From positions 4,838,001 to 4,902,000 of the forward strand of contig NC_087438.1 in NCBI RefSeq assembly GCF_036321535.1: 64,000 bases of DNA, written 5' to 3'. Below the pieces are notes generated by a model that did no database searches, was not told where the DNA came from, and saw only the letters and a program-made list of their open reading frames with translations. Made by a program: the position numbers and the translations under genes. How positions within the stretch are numbered: the stretch's first letter is position 1; every line of letters begins with the position of its first letter. The DNA is from Camelus dromedarius. Its lineage: Eukaryota. Shown piece by piece: positions 1 through 14,289 of the stretch.

Positions 1-1130
1 AGCTGATGTTTTCCTCCCGCTGTTGCAATTTCCTCCCTGGTTTTTGCCCTTTCTTGGTCAGAGCTGTCGTCTCAGGATTATTGTACAACTATCTCAGATG
101 AAAAGCTTGTCACGTGGTTTGCTTATAAATCCGCTTCCCTCCTCAAGCATCGTTTGATTGATCTCCCACCTGCAAAGCAACGGAAGCAATTACAAAAGCC
201 CTCGCTTTACCCAAAGTCGTCACTACCAAGAATGAGCTCACCGCTAAATAATTAAACCCTCTTCCTGATCGCTGGAGGAGACAGAGGGCAAATAGAGACC
301 CCGGGGAGGACCCTGCTTCCTACCTGGAGGAACAGATTTCCTAAATTACATGAGACTACAATAGTCCTGCACTCTCTGTTCTTTGAAAATTCGCCTTGTG
401 CACTGACATTAAATACAAACGTACAAACACATACACTCTCCAGTTCGCAGCGCACAACTCAGGCCGAAGTTTCCTGTCCCTCAAACTATGCCCTTGAAAG
501 AATCAGGGCAGATTTGTGTTACCTCCCGTGGTCAGTCTGAATTCACAGAAATTGCATGTTACAATACCCCGTAGTCGCTGAAAATTGCCCACTATTAACC
601 TTCCTTACCAATAAATCACTAGACTCACGGAAGGTAATTTCAGAGACATGTAGGTGGGCTGAAATAATGACAGTTGAATGAAGTGCCAGCATTTTCACAA
701 GAGGTCCCTCAGTGCAGATTTCTTCTAAAGATTCTAAACGGATCCTTCTTTTCAAATCCGAAGCAGGTCACTACCTAATTTACAAGGGATTGATGAGAGC
801 TGTGTCCAGAGGCAAATGAGCTATTGGCAGCTTCACAGCACGAAGCTTTTTATTTATACGTCATGCTTTTTATTTTCCCATGTAAATCTCATGTTATCTC
901 TACAGCACCCATGTGGACGGAGTAAAGGGAACGTTTTCTTCCCTTCCACCCCCACAGGAATGTAAAGACTCGAGAGGACAGACGACTCAGCCGAGAGCAC
1001 AATTAATAAACGGTAAAGCTGAAACCAAACCTGAATTTACCCGACCCAGTGTGTTTCTCTCCTGGATCACTGTACTTCACTAGAAACCCCCCTTAGATTA
1101 CTCTGCATCAGAGAATACATGATGGTAAAA

Positions 1131-1552
1131 ATAGTGTATCTGTTAACCCCAAACTCCTAATTTATCCCTACCTCTTTGGTAACCATAGTTTGCTTTCTAT
1201 GTCCATGAGTCTATTTCTGGTTTGTAAACAAAATTTGTGTCAATTTTTTTTTTTTTTTAGATTTCACATATTAGTGATATCACATGATATTTGTTTTTCT
1301 CTGAAAACAGCTTTTTTTGTTACCAAACCAAACTTGGGTCTACTTGTCCACTCACAGTAAAGCCAACAAGGACCTACTATACAACACAGGGAAATATATT
1401 CAGTTTCTGTAATAACATATAATGGAAAAGAATTTGAAAAGAAAAATATATATCTATGTATGTATACATATAGATGAATTGCTTTGCTGTACACCTGAAA
1501 CTAACACTGTAAATCAACTACACTTCAATAAAAAATGAAATTAAAAAAAAAA
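1131..1552 (+). mobile_element. Short 5'-inverted L1 3' end (twin-priming structure)
   Basis: About 1131-1303 is antisense L1 3' UTR. About 1365-1552 is the sense continuation (aacaaggacctact...cttcaataaaaaa) ending in an A tail. Confidence 0.85.
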
Positions 1553-2184
1553 CACATTGGTTTACATCTTTCCCAGTATTAATCTGTCATGCTTTTATAC
1601 AGTTGAAGTGAACTCTGAAACCTCAGTTAAAATGTATCCCAAGCTGAAATTTTAACAATGAGGTAGAGAAGAGGCTGTTATCAGATGAGTACTTTTAAAA
1701 ATGTATGTTTTATATTCAAATAAACTGAAAAGAATTTAAAAAATTAGAGCGAATAAAATGCAACAGGGAGGTAAAATAAATTATTTCACACAAGTTTTAT
1801 CTTGACATTCTTAATCATTCAGTGCCATAAAGTTTTAAGGCTAAAGATTTGGCACACATACTGTAATAAAAAGTCTTCCTAGTCTGCCCCCAAAGTCTTG
1901 TGTTTTAAGTATTTCATTCCTTTATTTATTTGCTTATTTGAGAAATGATTTGGGAGCCCTACCAAGACACCCAACCTAGACTGTGTGTTTAGGACGGTCT
2001 TTAGAGTTTCATTCTGAATCTGCTCCGTTGCACACGATGGGGGATGACTGAGCCTCATGCTGTAAGTCCCCCCAGCATGGCTGAAGTGGCTTTGGCTGGA
2101 AAAGGTGAGGGCAGGCTCCATCAGATGCCCACCCAGTGGAAAGGCCCCCTGAGTGAAGCACCCCAGGATAGCTTTGAACATTGG

Positions 2185-2550
2185 TCATCGGGAGTCAGCA
2201 TCATCAACGTTCTGGTTCCAGCCCGCCAGGGGTCTCTGTGCCAGGGGGCAGGACACAACTAACTTCCTCTACCTGGTGAGGTTTCAGTACCTGCAAAAAA
2301 TCATGGCTCAGAATGTTATCTACAGTCTTTGAAGAGGAACTAAGGCTCCTTGATTTGTTTAATGGCTGAACTGTTATTATTTTGTCTTGCTTGACTATTT
2401 TCCTTTCTTTCTATGTTTTCTCACTTCTCTGATTAAACTTACTCTTTGGAACTTGGGGAAGGCCTAGGAAGCTGAAGTTGTTCTGCAGACAAGAGGCAGG
2501 CAAGGGGGGTTCTGTTCCGGGAAGGCTCCATAGGGTCCTGCTCCATTACA
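2185..2550 (-). mobile_element. Partial ERV1-like LTR (cetartiodactyl type)
   Basis: Ends agggtcctgctccattaca, nearly the same terminus as the LTR at 55432-56167. The body resembles a recalled cetartiodactyl LTR family; the other end is missing. Confidence 0.7.
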
Positions 2551-4696
2551 TCTTTATAAATAACTGAATTGATTTTAAGCACAAATATTTGAAGTTAACA
2601 AAATTCATCAATCAGTGGTTATCTGTTCCTAGTGTCTGGGTTGTTGTGGGGAAGAAGATTAATTACTCTAAAATCTTCATCAGCTGAAAAAAGGATGCTA
2701 TAGTTAAATGGCCCACTTTGGGCTTTTTAACTAAAACTAGATCAGATGACTCCACCTTTCTCCTGTCAGTCTCACCCCAACGCATGTACACACACAAACA
2801 CACACACTTACATTCCAGTGGATGTTCAGGCTTTTGTGTTGTGCTGTGGAGGTAGCTTAGGCTTCGCTGGTGGGCGTGGGACAGTGTAAAACCATCAGAC
2901 AGGCATCAGGGGCCAGCTCTTCCTCCCCCTCAGCCTCCCTCCTCCTGGACATCGGGGTCCTCTTTGACACTGGCCATGTGCTAGACTCCCTCTCCCCAGA
3001 CCGTCCCTTCTTCCCAAGGTCCAAACCCACGTTTCCAATTCAGCTTCCATCTATGTGATTTATAAGGTCATCAAATGATGCTTGTAAAATCTGAATTCTG
3101 CCCCTCACTCCCAAACTACTGTTCCCCTGAGAGGCCCCCATATGAGAAATAGCCACGCTGTCTTTTAGGCTTCCAGATGTTGAAAATCATGCATTCATTG
3201 AAATGCCTCTCCCTCACCGCTCTGCACCAGCTTCAGCCAGCAGTAATTCTTTATTTTGTGTTTTGCACATAGTACACTGCCCTACACGTAGTAGGTTCTC
3301 AGGAAATGGTTTGTTGGGTGAGTGAGATTAACCCATAATGACTGGTACGTTATTTCAAAAGATAGCAGTGGCAGTGAAATAATCACGCCCGCAGCAGTGT
3401 TTAATCCCTGTGAGTTAAGAATGGAGAGCATAGATTTATACTTGGGGTTTATTTTAAAGGTATCGTGCAGGGATCCAGAGTGTGGTCACAGGCCACCGGT
3501 AAGGATTTCTGTATCTGCCAGCCAAAAGCAGTGGCCTACAGTGTAGGAGAGCGATAAACTATATTACTTTATTCTTCCTTTGTTTTGTATAGAAAATCTG
3601 CTAGAAAATATAAAATATTACAATTTATACACCACATGTTCACTATTTTGGTGCTTTAACACTAGTTAGAACATTTGTTTTGATTACATGCCAATATGGC
3701 TTTGGGAGGCAGGTTGGTTGAAAAACAAAAAAAAGCAACGATCAGTTCAGGCATCTGCAAGCAGTCCATGCTCAGAACTTCTCCCGAGTGATCCGAGCTT
3801 TTGTTTGTTAAGAAATTCAGTCTGAAGGAAATGTCATTTCTGCTTGCCTTGCTCAGACTTGGCCCAAAATCGATTTCTAGATGAACTTTATGAGATTCAC
3901 AGAGAAATTTGCCAGGTGGAAACAAATTTCATTATTGATTATTTGTTAGGAATTACATCATTCAGAAGGGGAAAAAAGGGGAGAGATTTAATGAGACACA
4001 TGTGCAGAACAACATTCAGTTAAATTGGTAAAATTAAGTTCTTTCCCCACCCTGGTCTCAGTGTCCATTACCAGTACACAGATGATGTTATTAGAATGAC
4101 TTCTCTTGGATAAGAAATGCTACAGAGAGATGCATACACAAAACCCTTTTACTAAAAATTCCCACCATCAGAGAACGCTACAGCTAGGTTACCCAGCTCA
4201 GCTTTTTCATTTATTAACGATGAAGAAACTGAATTCCAGAAAGCTGTATCCAGCCCAAAGCTGCTAAGGGAGGAGGAAGCCGGGTGGACCCCACAGCTGC
4301 CCTCCCGTTAGTATCTCCTTCTCTCCAGCCTCCCTCCAACGTTTCTGATTGCAAGTCAGTTTCTGGGTAACTGGCGGCCCCACTTGGCGGAGGTTTTAGG
4401 CATGAAATCCAATATAATGATTGCGCTCTCAGGACTCACCCGGCTTCATGCTTGTTCTACTGAGACGACACCCAGGTGTCCTAGTGGTTAAGGCTGCTGG
4501 TCCCATTTACAGCAGCACACGGGCCAGTTCTGATGTCTCAGGACACGTAACTCCTAGCTGCCCAGAGATTCTCAAGTGCGGGTTTATTATTGGCCTCTAG
4601 TAGGGCCCCTGGGCTTTGGTGAAGATTCATTTTGAGATAAGCTGGATGCAGATAGCTATACACGTTTAAATATTAAATGTCAACGTGTTTTGGGAA

Positions 4697-4739
4697 GACT
4701 CCCTTCCATGTTAAGTCGTACTTAACATGGAAGGGAGTC
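4697..4739. repeat. Perfect 20-bp inverted repeat with 3-nt loop
   Basis: gactcccttccatgttaagt-cgt-acttaacatggaagggagtc. Confidence 0.97.
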
Positions 4740-7700
4740 CTCTTACGAGGACAGACCGGCTGTGGAGTCTCCGGCAGTAATTAGCACAGACGCCGTGACA
4801 GTGAAGTAATGGGTGGTTTTCACAGGAGATCGTTTCCTGAGACGTAAGTATTTCTAATCAGGCAAACCTTGTGCCCCTCAGGTAGCCTCCACTGGCATGC
4901 GTGCGGGAAGGCGGCGGGCCGGGTCCCATGTGCTTTGGAGGTGAGACTCCTGCAGGCGCCCCCTTGTTGACGGGGCCCCGCTCCTTAGCGCCAAGTTCCT
5001 TCGCCCCCTTGGTCTTGGACCCGGGCTTGGCTGTCTTCTTCAGTGTCTTAGAGTTTTGGGGTTTCCCCCCCCCAGTTTCATTTCCTTTCGGATGAGCTTA
5101 CAGCCACTCAGCAAGTCTAACAAGTATCTGTTGGTAGTATTTTCAGAATTTCTGGGTGAGGACTTGCTGCCAAAGTGTGTTGTGCCCTGATCTGTTCTGT
5201 GACACTCTGCTTCGAGGGTTGGGTGGCAATGAAGGTGACAGCCCTTGTTTGCAGGGATCCTGCACTGTTGTAGAAAATAAAGGAATTTTTTTTTTTTTTT
5301 TTTTTTTTTTTTGGTATAACCAGTCTGGTAGGAGCCAAGGGGATTTAAATAGAGGGGCAGAACAGGAGGAGCCAGAGAAGTGAAAATTCCCTGGAGACAC
5401 TCCTGACTTTTACAGCCACTGGTCCCGGAGATGGAAGGTGAATGAGATGTCGCCACCCTGCAGGCGTGTCTAGATGGGGCGCTGACCAGGGTGACCTGAG
5501 ATCTCGAAGGCAGCCGGCGTAATTCGGCAGACCCCTCCAGACAGCAGCGCTTTTGCCCCTAAGACCCTCCCCCTCCCATGGCTACACTCTCCCAGGTCAT
5601 CATTTAATGTGTTTACCTCCTTTGAGGGAGCAATGTCCTTCCTCCGAGCAGTTTTTCCTGACTGACTTCATCCTACTCTGGCCACTTCTTTCCTTTTAGT
5701 TTTTCTCTCATTCTTCTGTGTAAATTCCTCTTGCTCTACTTTGTGTATGTTTTCCAGTGGTTTCTTGAAGATTAAGCATATCCTTCCTCTCTGACTAACA
5801 GCTCCATTGGAGCAAAAATTACATTGTGTATGTTCTGATTTTTGCTAACAAATTTGCTAGCTCTGCCTGGTGCCCTCAGGATGCACATTCAGTGGTGTTG
5901 ACTCTCCCCTTCCAGTGGCTCAGTGGGGAGAGAGGGGTCTGCTTGCGTCAGCACCACAGTGTTGGCAACATAGGTAAGTGATCAATAGCTTTTGTTGGAA
6001 GGAGTGACTGATTGAATGGGTGAGTGAATGAATGAAAAATGTAGAAATTAACTGAAAATCAGAATCACCCAAGGGCACCGCCATGCCACATAAATCTCTC
6101 CTGACCGTTTCACACCTTCCATCTTAACCATCATTGAAAGCCCAGTTCAGCTGGCTGGCTCCTAACTCATTAAAATTAAAATGGATTCGTGTGGTTGATC
6201 CAGAAAAGACTAGAAAAAAAAAAGAAAAAAAATCTTGTCATGTTTGAGAACGAACACTGTAGCTTGGTTTTAATTTTCTTTTTCTGTGATAAATTAATGT
6301 ATGCTCCTTGTAGACAGGATTAAAATAGCACAGAAATTGACTATAATTTGATGATCCAGACATAACAATGATTAATGTTTCACATTCCTGGTGAGTTTTC
6401 TTTCAATCCTTTTTCTGTGTTTACATCCATTGGCACTACTGATGTCATCTGCAGAGGCATCCTTGGGATCTTTTCCCACTCACCATGTGTTCTTCCAAAC
6501 TGCTTGTAGCTGTGCTAAAATTTTAGATTAATGCTGACATGTCAATGCATCCATTGTTTAAATCTTGTTTAGAGTTTCAAAGGACTCTGAAAGGCATGAG
6601 TGTGCCCTAAAGACTTCCATCTTCCCTAAAGGGCACTCCCCCAAATCCTACAGCCATGGCATCTTGTGTGGACCAGCTGGGCCAGCCTCACAGAGCAAGC
6701 AGGTCCCACCTCCTGAGCTGCATACAATGTGCTTAGCCAGCAAAAAATCAAATTTCTCATTTGTTGTATTTCTGGTTACAGAAATACATAGTGCTCTCCT
6801 TTTTCTTCTGCACAGTCTACACCCTGAAGAACAGACTCCTGCAAGATATATCCACTTTCTGGCATGTTCCTGAGGTGGCCACTAGCTGTATAGCTGGAAA
6901 GACTGCAAATCCATGGGGGTTTTATGGGGAAAACTTTGACAGGTCCATGCCCTTCCAAGTAATGAGGAAAACCATAGTCTTTCATCCTCTTCGTTTTGTT
7001 TTGGGAAGTGTCTTTTATTTGTGCCCACAATTAGATAGTGTTGTTTTATACACTGTGTCCTATTTTTATAACAACACTTGACTGCATTCCAGAAACCCCC
7101 ATTACAATATTATGTTGGCAATCCCTTTGTGTACATTTTCTACATATTTGGGAAAATGGTCCTGGCCAAGTGATTTCATTTATAGAAAAGGATCCTCTTT
7201 AAAACATGATGTAATCTCTTGTATAAATTCTGCTGACAAATGTGGTTTAGCTTTTTCTCTTCTCCTTGGCATTCCTTTCTTTTTTAAAAAAAGACACTGA
7301 TCTGTACTCCAATGTTGCTTTCTTCTTTAGCTTTCATTCTGGAAAACAATATATCCATTTTTGATGGCCAAAGGCAATTGCAGTAAGAGAAAATGCTAGA
7401 AAGGGGATAGAGTAGGGGAAAAGGAGAAGGAAAAGCTTATGGCTCTTCAGGAGTGAATATGAAGAACTTTAAGCAATGAATAACTTACAAGCCAAACACA
7501 AAAAGTCAGTGGCAGAAGGTAAGTCCTGACCTGTGGGTTATTTAACTCAGAGAATGAGGTCCTACTTCAGCCATCAATAGAGTGTGGTCTTTGCCCAGCT
7601 GAGCAACAGGTCAACTCAGAGCAGAGAATTAAAATCATTTCCTCATGCTGTTTTAGGTTTGCCAACACAGACAGCAAACACTCCTTTACGAGACTGCAAA

Positions 7701-9841
7701 GAATAGGTCATTAACAGAAGCACCAGTGAGGAGTGTTCACTGATATGGCCATGGAGCACCCACGGGGTTTGTTGAAGTTGTCTGCTATTCTGAAGAATCT
7801 TGGATCAATTCCATTACCTATCAGGGGAGTGGAAATCAACAATCCCTTGGTGACAGCATGTCTGTTTAATTTCACTAATGTTGCTAATATTTACCTCTTG
7901 GAGAACTAACAGAAAACTGGTTCCCTTTCCTGGTGACTCATCCTGGGAATTCAGGGCAATCTCAGCAAAGAACCATTTTTAGATATTTTCTCATGGACTT
8001 GTCACTCTGGAAAGAGTTATTTTGTGATTGGCACTATTTGATTTTTCCCCATTGTTTTGAAGCTTTTAAAAGAGTAAAAAAAAGAGAGGCCAGTCTGACC
8101 AGCCCCATAGATCCCTTCATCATTTTCATTTTAGTTAAGCTATAGGTCACCTCATACATGTAAAGTGTTGGGATGTGGGGGCAGGGTCCAAAATCCATCA
8201 TAAACTATTCTGAGAACCTCAAAGTTGGCTGTGTTTGCATTGCTTGTAATGAAACCACTTTCCTTATGTCATCAGTGTCCCTGAAACTAGACTTTCCCCC
8301 TCCAGAAACAAAGGCGAATAGGTAGCCCTGCATGTGAGAGCCATGAGGATGCCTGGGGAGCGGGCGGGTCTCAGGGAAGCATTTACATCCTTCCATCCTG
8401 GAATTCTTTCTAAGTACATTGAGCATCCCGTCCTGCGCCCTCACAAGGGACTCAGTGGTGCGCCGGGCGCCCTGCCTTCCCAGGAGCAGCTTTTCTATCC
8501 GGGAAGGTGAAGGAAACAAGGAGACATCCCCAGCAGCGAGCAAGGGCGCTGAGAAAATCTAGGGCTGTAACTGGAGAGTGGGAGTGGGTGAGGGCTATTT
8601 TATTTAGGGAGACAAGGAAGGGTCTGTCCAAGTAGATGACAAAAGCAATAGGTCCGGAATTCCGAGGAGGAGCCGTGTAAAGGTCTAGGGGGTTCACCTG
8701 AGCAGGAGGACAGAGCAGCTGGAGAAACACAGGAAAGGACAGGGCTGTGCCCGTGGCGGCCGGGACAGGGCTCAACACCAGGTCCTCAGGAGTCCTGCTT
8801 GTTCCGTGAAACAAAGTGAAGGGAAGCGTTCCTTTCTAAGCATCTGCAAACCTTCAGACTGAAACAGCAAGCATGGAGCTGCTGACTGAAGGACAACTGG
8901 CCAGGTGTGCATTTACGAGAGAGATCCCACAAAGATGATCTGCAACGTTTCAAACAGTGTTGTAACCGTAGCCATCTCGAAGGTATGGTCTCAGGCCACT
9001 GCTTCTCTCTGCTGAGCTGGTAGGAGGGTTTTGTTGTTTGAATTTCACGTGACCCATTTACCGACACGTGCAGCCATGTCTCAGTACCTAGCACTGTTTT
9101 CCATAAAAATGGACATGTGACCTGAAAACATCTGGTGAGGGGAGTTGGTGGGCCAGAGTGAACACAGTGAGAGGGACGTGACTGCTCCCCTAGATGAGAG
9201 CCACGGCTGTTTCATAATTGTGTGGGTAGCACGCTGTACGTCTTAGGTCTTCCGAGCTGGCTAGAATGGGGGCACTGGCTTCATTCTGTATCTTACAACT
9301 GCTGGGCTGGGGCAGAAAACACCAGTTTCCCCCCAACCACCCTCCACTCCCCGCAGCCTCCAGCCCCTGCCCCTCCCGCTCGAGCCAGGTAGGACTGAAG
9401 ACTGAGCGCTGCTGTCATGTCACTGGCAAAGCCTTGGGCGTGTGGCTCAGGGAAGGCAGACTTTGCAACACTGCCCTGCCCTCTATGGAAAACCCAATGC
9501 TTTATTATAATTATTTATCTTAGGACCAAGCAGCCTGCTGTTCCCTAGGGACTAGAATTGCACTTGAGAGGAGCACGTGCGCAGCCCCCTTAAGTGCCTG
9601 CCTAGCCTGCCCCACACCCCTGTGGCCATGGGGTGTGTCTGGGCAGGCGAGGGGGTTGCCAAGGGCAGCGAGGACTAACTTCAAAGCCCTGAGGAAATAA
9701 TCGCCCTCCATCCGTTGCTAGGCTAGCAGTGTCTTCACCATCCACGGAGCGGGGGTTACCTCTTCCAGGCCCCCGGGCAGCTCCGAATGTGGTCACTCAT
9801 GTTCTTCCAATATCTTCTCAGATTTTACTCTGTTTTTTTGC

Positions 9842-10424
9842 TATTGGAGCAGGCAGATAGCTAGATAGAAGCAGAGAGAGGGGGGCACGGGCCAAAGGCT
9901 GGAAACCCTACATCTTGTGAACAAGGGGCACAAGAGAAAAGCAGGAACTTCTGGGCTGATAGGTAATCATCCCCTACCATTTTGGGGTGACAAGTGTCCT
10001 GGAGGCAGACAAAGAAAGGTGGGGAAAGGGAAAAATAGCCTGAATCCAAATGTATCCTGTTGCTTATTATGCCCTCATTTCAATAAAATTAGCCTTGCAG
10101 ATTAGGAGTACCCATCATGCACCGATGCCAGGACACTTCCAATCAAGACTAAATAAGGACAAAAGTCCCTCCTCCACCAGAAAGGTGGATCTGGGATGAA
10201 AACCAGGGAATTGGACCCCAAGCCCCTCCCTCCCCAATGAATATTCCACCCATTCATTTTTACACCCTATGTAACCAGCTTGCCAAAGAGATTCAGGGCA
10301 GTTACTCACGGGGCCTGCCCGCCCTGCCTTGAGAGCGTCCTGTCACTCAATAAACCCTTTCCTTTCCTGAACTCCGTCTCTGAATTCTTCCTGAAAGGAG
10401 ACAAGAGCCTACTTTCTGGTAACA
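9842..10424 (+). mobile_element. ERV-like solo LTR
   Basis: Termini TA(TG)...CA, AATAAA near 10348 followed by a pyrimidine-rich U5-like segment, and flanking ttgc/ttac (4-bp TSD with one mismatch). Confidence 0.75.
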
Positions 10425-12532
10425 TTACTGTGATTGAATTTTTAAAGTTCTTTGTCCTTGCAGGCCACAGGCGCTGCACTGCAAAATAGCCATTTGTTCC
10501 TAGTCATTGATTCAACAAGGAATCATTTGGGTGCTGAGCACTGTGCTGGGGGTGAGGCGGGAATGAGGCCCCCACCTGCAGGAGAGAAAGAGGGCAGCGC
10601 AGACCCCACTGACAAAACCCCAGGGCGGGAACTGCTTTTGTAACAAAATGCCCAGAGGAGAAGGGAAGCCTGCTGAATTCTGACCCTTAAATTCACAAAG
10701 GAAGATGTGACGTTCCCTTATTTCTATGTCATGATTACTGTCGGGCCAGAGGGCTGTGAATTGATAGACGAGAATAAACAATTCAGTTTAATACTCTAAT
10801 GACATTAAGCATTATTGACATACAAGCCCCCGCCCACTGCTCTAACGTTTTTGATTTGATACAAAAAAAAACTTTGTTTTTCTTTCATGCTATTGCAAGC
10901 TCAAAGCCTGAGAAAAATGGGAAATTTCGGGGGTGGGGCACAGAGATCTCTGCCTTCATACTTAAGACAGTTCTGGTTCACCCAGCTCCACACCTAGATG
11001 CATTTTCATCTGCAAACCGTCAGCTTTCTGTGGCCCAAGGATACCTGCTTGGGGTTCATGTTTAAGTTTAGAGGTAATTAATGGATAGATAAAATAAGTT
11101 TAAACAGACTTATAAAATTTTCCATTATAGTAAATTCTTGTGTGACACACTCAGATTCTTAACCCAATTTTCCATTTCACTCTGAAGATTTTCCTAATGA
11201 GAATAGTTTGGTAATAGGCCCATTGGTAATGGGCGTAAGATGTCTGGTAATTTTATTATGGGTTTTTACCTTTAGCTTAGAAAACAAAACTCTTTTGTAC
11301 TCTTAGTTTTGAGATCTGGTGACGCCCTAACCAGAGTTCTGACTTCCTTTGATGCCCACAGTCCCCCTGGGGTGTTGGAACCCTTTCCTGAGCTGCTCTG
11401 GTGCTGAGGAGTGGAAGGGCCTGTCAAGTCTTTGGAGGGAGAGTCTTTCTGGAGCAGGGGCTTGTAATTACTGTCACGGTGCAAACAGTAATTGGAAACT
11501 CTCTTTTCCTCCCCAACACAGCACCCCTGAAACAACGGCGCCACCTTTGCCCACATGCTCAGCTGCACTGTGCCTTGTCCCCGGGGGTCAGCTAGTGGCA
11601 ATCAACTTCCAGATTATGCCCGGTTCCCACCGTCTCAAATCACAGAAGCACTGTCTCTCCAGCAAGTGCTGGACACAGCTAGTCTTTACTTCCCTGAAGA
11701 TGTCTTATAACCAAACGGAAATGAAGCATGAGGAATACAGCCAGGGTTTCAAATTCTGTTAGTCCCCACATTTGAAATTATCTTAGGGTGATGTGACTTT
11801 GAGGTTCTTTAACAAACACAGTCACCTGCCCCTCAAACCAATACCCAACATTCATGTTCTTGATTTACGGCTGCTTCTTTTGGTTTTACTTGTTTTTCTA
11901 GTGTTTTCTGTCTGTTTTCAGCTCTCTCTCTCTCTGTCTATTTGTATTTCTATGTCTATATCTCTCACTGCTTGAAGTCTGCAAGTTCCATTTCCCACGA
12001 ACGTGGACAGGGGCTGAGATAGTGCACGGCTCTGTCGTGTTGCCTTATTAACATCCCCCTGGCAGGGCCTGATAGTGCTGGGATTGGCATCACTTACCGT
12101 TCAGGTTCCAGTGGTTGGCACAGATTGTCCCGGGCTACGTTCACCAGGTCCCCCTTCATTTCCACTTCAAAGCCTTTTACCCACGTGGACAAAGGCCGTC
12201 TTCTCGGAGAAACACACAAGGAGGTGGAGCCCAGATGAGAGTCACTGTAGCCACCTGGGCTGTGGCAGAGACTTAAACCCCTGTCCTAGAACAGCTCAGG
12301 CAAGGAGACAATCACACTTTTCAATCAGGAGGAAAAAAAGACTTTTCCTCAACCACACAGCCTTCAAATAGACATGGTTCAACCAGATCTGAATGTCAGA
12401 CGCATTATTTAGATTGGCCTTTGCTTTTGTGAGAAATGTTAGCCACAGTAAGGGTGGGAACACTGCTCCATCAGATAAGATCAAAGCTAAGCAAACCCTC
12501 ACTTCATTCATTCACTCTGTTTTTGAGTCACT

Positions 12533-12845
12533 TTTTTTTATAGTGAAAATTTTTATATTTAGAATTGGCCAGCTGGACTGAGTTTAGATGACTCCAATTT
12601 TGTTGGCAACATCCAAAGCATCACAGTCAGGAGCCAGTCGTACACGTGCCTTCTTCTCTCCATCAGGCCCGAGCAGGGTATTGACCTCAGCCACGTCAGT
12701 GTCATAGAGCTTCTCCACAGCCTGTTTGATCTGGTGCTTGTTGGCCTTGACACCCACAGTGAACGCAAGTGTGTTGTTGTCTTCTACCTTCTTCATAGCT
12801 GACTCGGTGGTCAGGGGAACTTGATGATGGCATAGTGGTCAAGCC
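12533..12845 (-). pseudogene. RPL23A: 5'-truncated processed pseudogene of ribosomal protein L23a
   Basis: Translation [85 protein letters not shown] matches the RPL23A C-terminal half. It is intronless, has a 1-bp deletion at AAG TTC CCC TGA, and carries the 3' UTR and a short A tail (T7 at 12533-12539). Confidence 0.96.
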
Positions 12846-14074
12846 TTGGGGTGAGGCAAAATGGAGTCATCTGGCGTGGGCCCACTAAAAAGATGGTCCT
12901 TCTTTTGGAGTCCAAGGCCAGAAGAGCCCAGGTGCATCAGACAATGAATATTGTTGAGTCACTGAGCGTGTCCGATGTACTTACTCCATTCCAGGCATTG
13001 CTCTTTGGTTCTAGGTTCCAGGAATGAGGCAATGAATGTACAGACTTGGCCTTCACAGATATCGTGCAAAGAAGAGAAAAGTGGGGAATAATTACAGAAT
13101 CCGAAAGGAAAGAGAAAAATGGGTTGCATGGAAATGCAGCATGACGTGGGGGTACTTTTTATTGCAAGGTCAGGACAGTCGTCTCTGAAGGCGGACGTCA
13201 CAGCTGAGACCCAAGTGGTGAGAAGGAACCAGTCGTGTGAATAGAAATCGAGAAGAAGAGCATTTTGGGTGGAGCCAGCAGCCTGAAGAGACGAGACCTG
13301 CTGAGAAGAACAAACTGGTTCCTTACTGAAGTAGCGCCTGGGGAAGGTGGGTGAGAAGGGAAGTCACTGGTGCAGGGTGGTGAGGCCAGGGTGGTGGGAG
13401 AAGAGTAGAGTGCTCTGGTCTTAGGAACGCACAGAAATAAGCAGATTGTTAGAGCATCTGTAAGGTGGCAGATATGCATAGGATTCCACCAGAAAGTAAA
13501 AATCACTGAAGGAAAGTACTCATAACCAAGGGTGGTGACATTGTTGAATTTCAACTATCCAACTTAGATGGTAAAAGTAAAATGAGTTACGGAAGAATTA
13601 GACCAAGGAGTAATTTTAATCCAAAAGACATTGAACCTCATCAAATTCCTCTGCAAGAACCATAATTGTCATGAGGATTATAAAATGGGGCAGAGTGTCC
13701 ATCGGTGGTACAGAGGCATAGCCCAGGATGTGTGATGTCCCACGTCCCACGTCCTGGCCTCAAAGTACCCTTGGCTGTCAGCACCCTTGGCTTTTAAGAA
13801 GGGACCACCCTCTTTTACCTAGCAACGGTAAAACTGTTTCTGTCGTAGGTAAGTGTCTTTCTCATCTCAGAAGTGTTCCCAGTGAAATGCGAAGATGATG
13901 AAATAAAGTCTGCATCGATATTGGGTGTTAAGTTTAGAAATAATGTATAGTTTCCAGCTATTTAAAATATAGGGAATGTTCAGGAGAGTCTGGCATTTTA
14001 GGAAACCAGACAGATTGGTTTTACGGTAACGATGTGCAGGACTCCACAGCACTTAGCGGGTGTCGGTGGTCACT

Positions 14075-14260
14075 CCCAGACCCTCGTGTGCATTGTTACC
14101 TTATTTAGCTCCTGAGATGATCCAGTGAGGCAGGTACTATTATCATCCCCACTTTGCAGATGAAGACACTTGAGTCATGGAGAGGAGAAGGAACCACCCA
14201 AGTCACATAATTAGTAAAAGCTGGGATATGACGTGAGGAATTCCGATGCTCAACTGTGCG
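14075..14260 (-). mobile_element. MIR SINE
   Basis: Core motif aggtactattatcatccccactttgcagatgaagacacttgag. Similar MIR pieces lie near 31360-31600, 53700-53800 and 58690-58810. Confidence 0.75.
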
Positions 14261-14289
14261 CCTCACCGTTGCTCAGAGCTCGGAGAAAG

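Noticed and set aside
4470..4545. tRNA A-box-like motif gtcctagtggttaagg
   Set aside because: No intact B box or cloverleaf; at best a decayed SINE head.
5098..5421. T27 tract (5286-5312) between ttacagccact direct repeats; poly-K/poly-F ORFs
   Set aside because: The tract is internal rather than adjacent to a repeat, so it is not a TSD-flanked retrocopy. The ORFs simply read the homopolymer.
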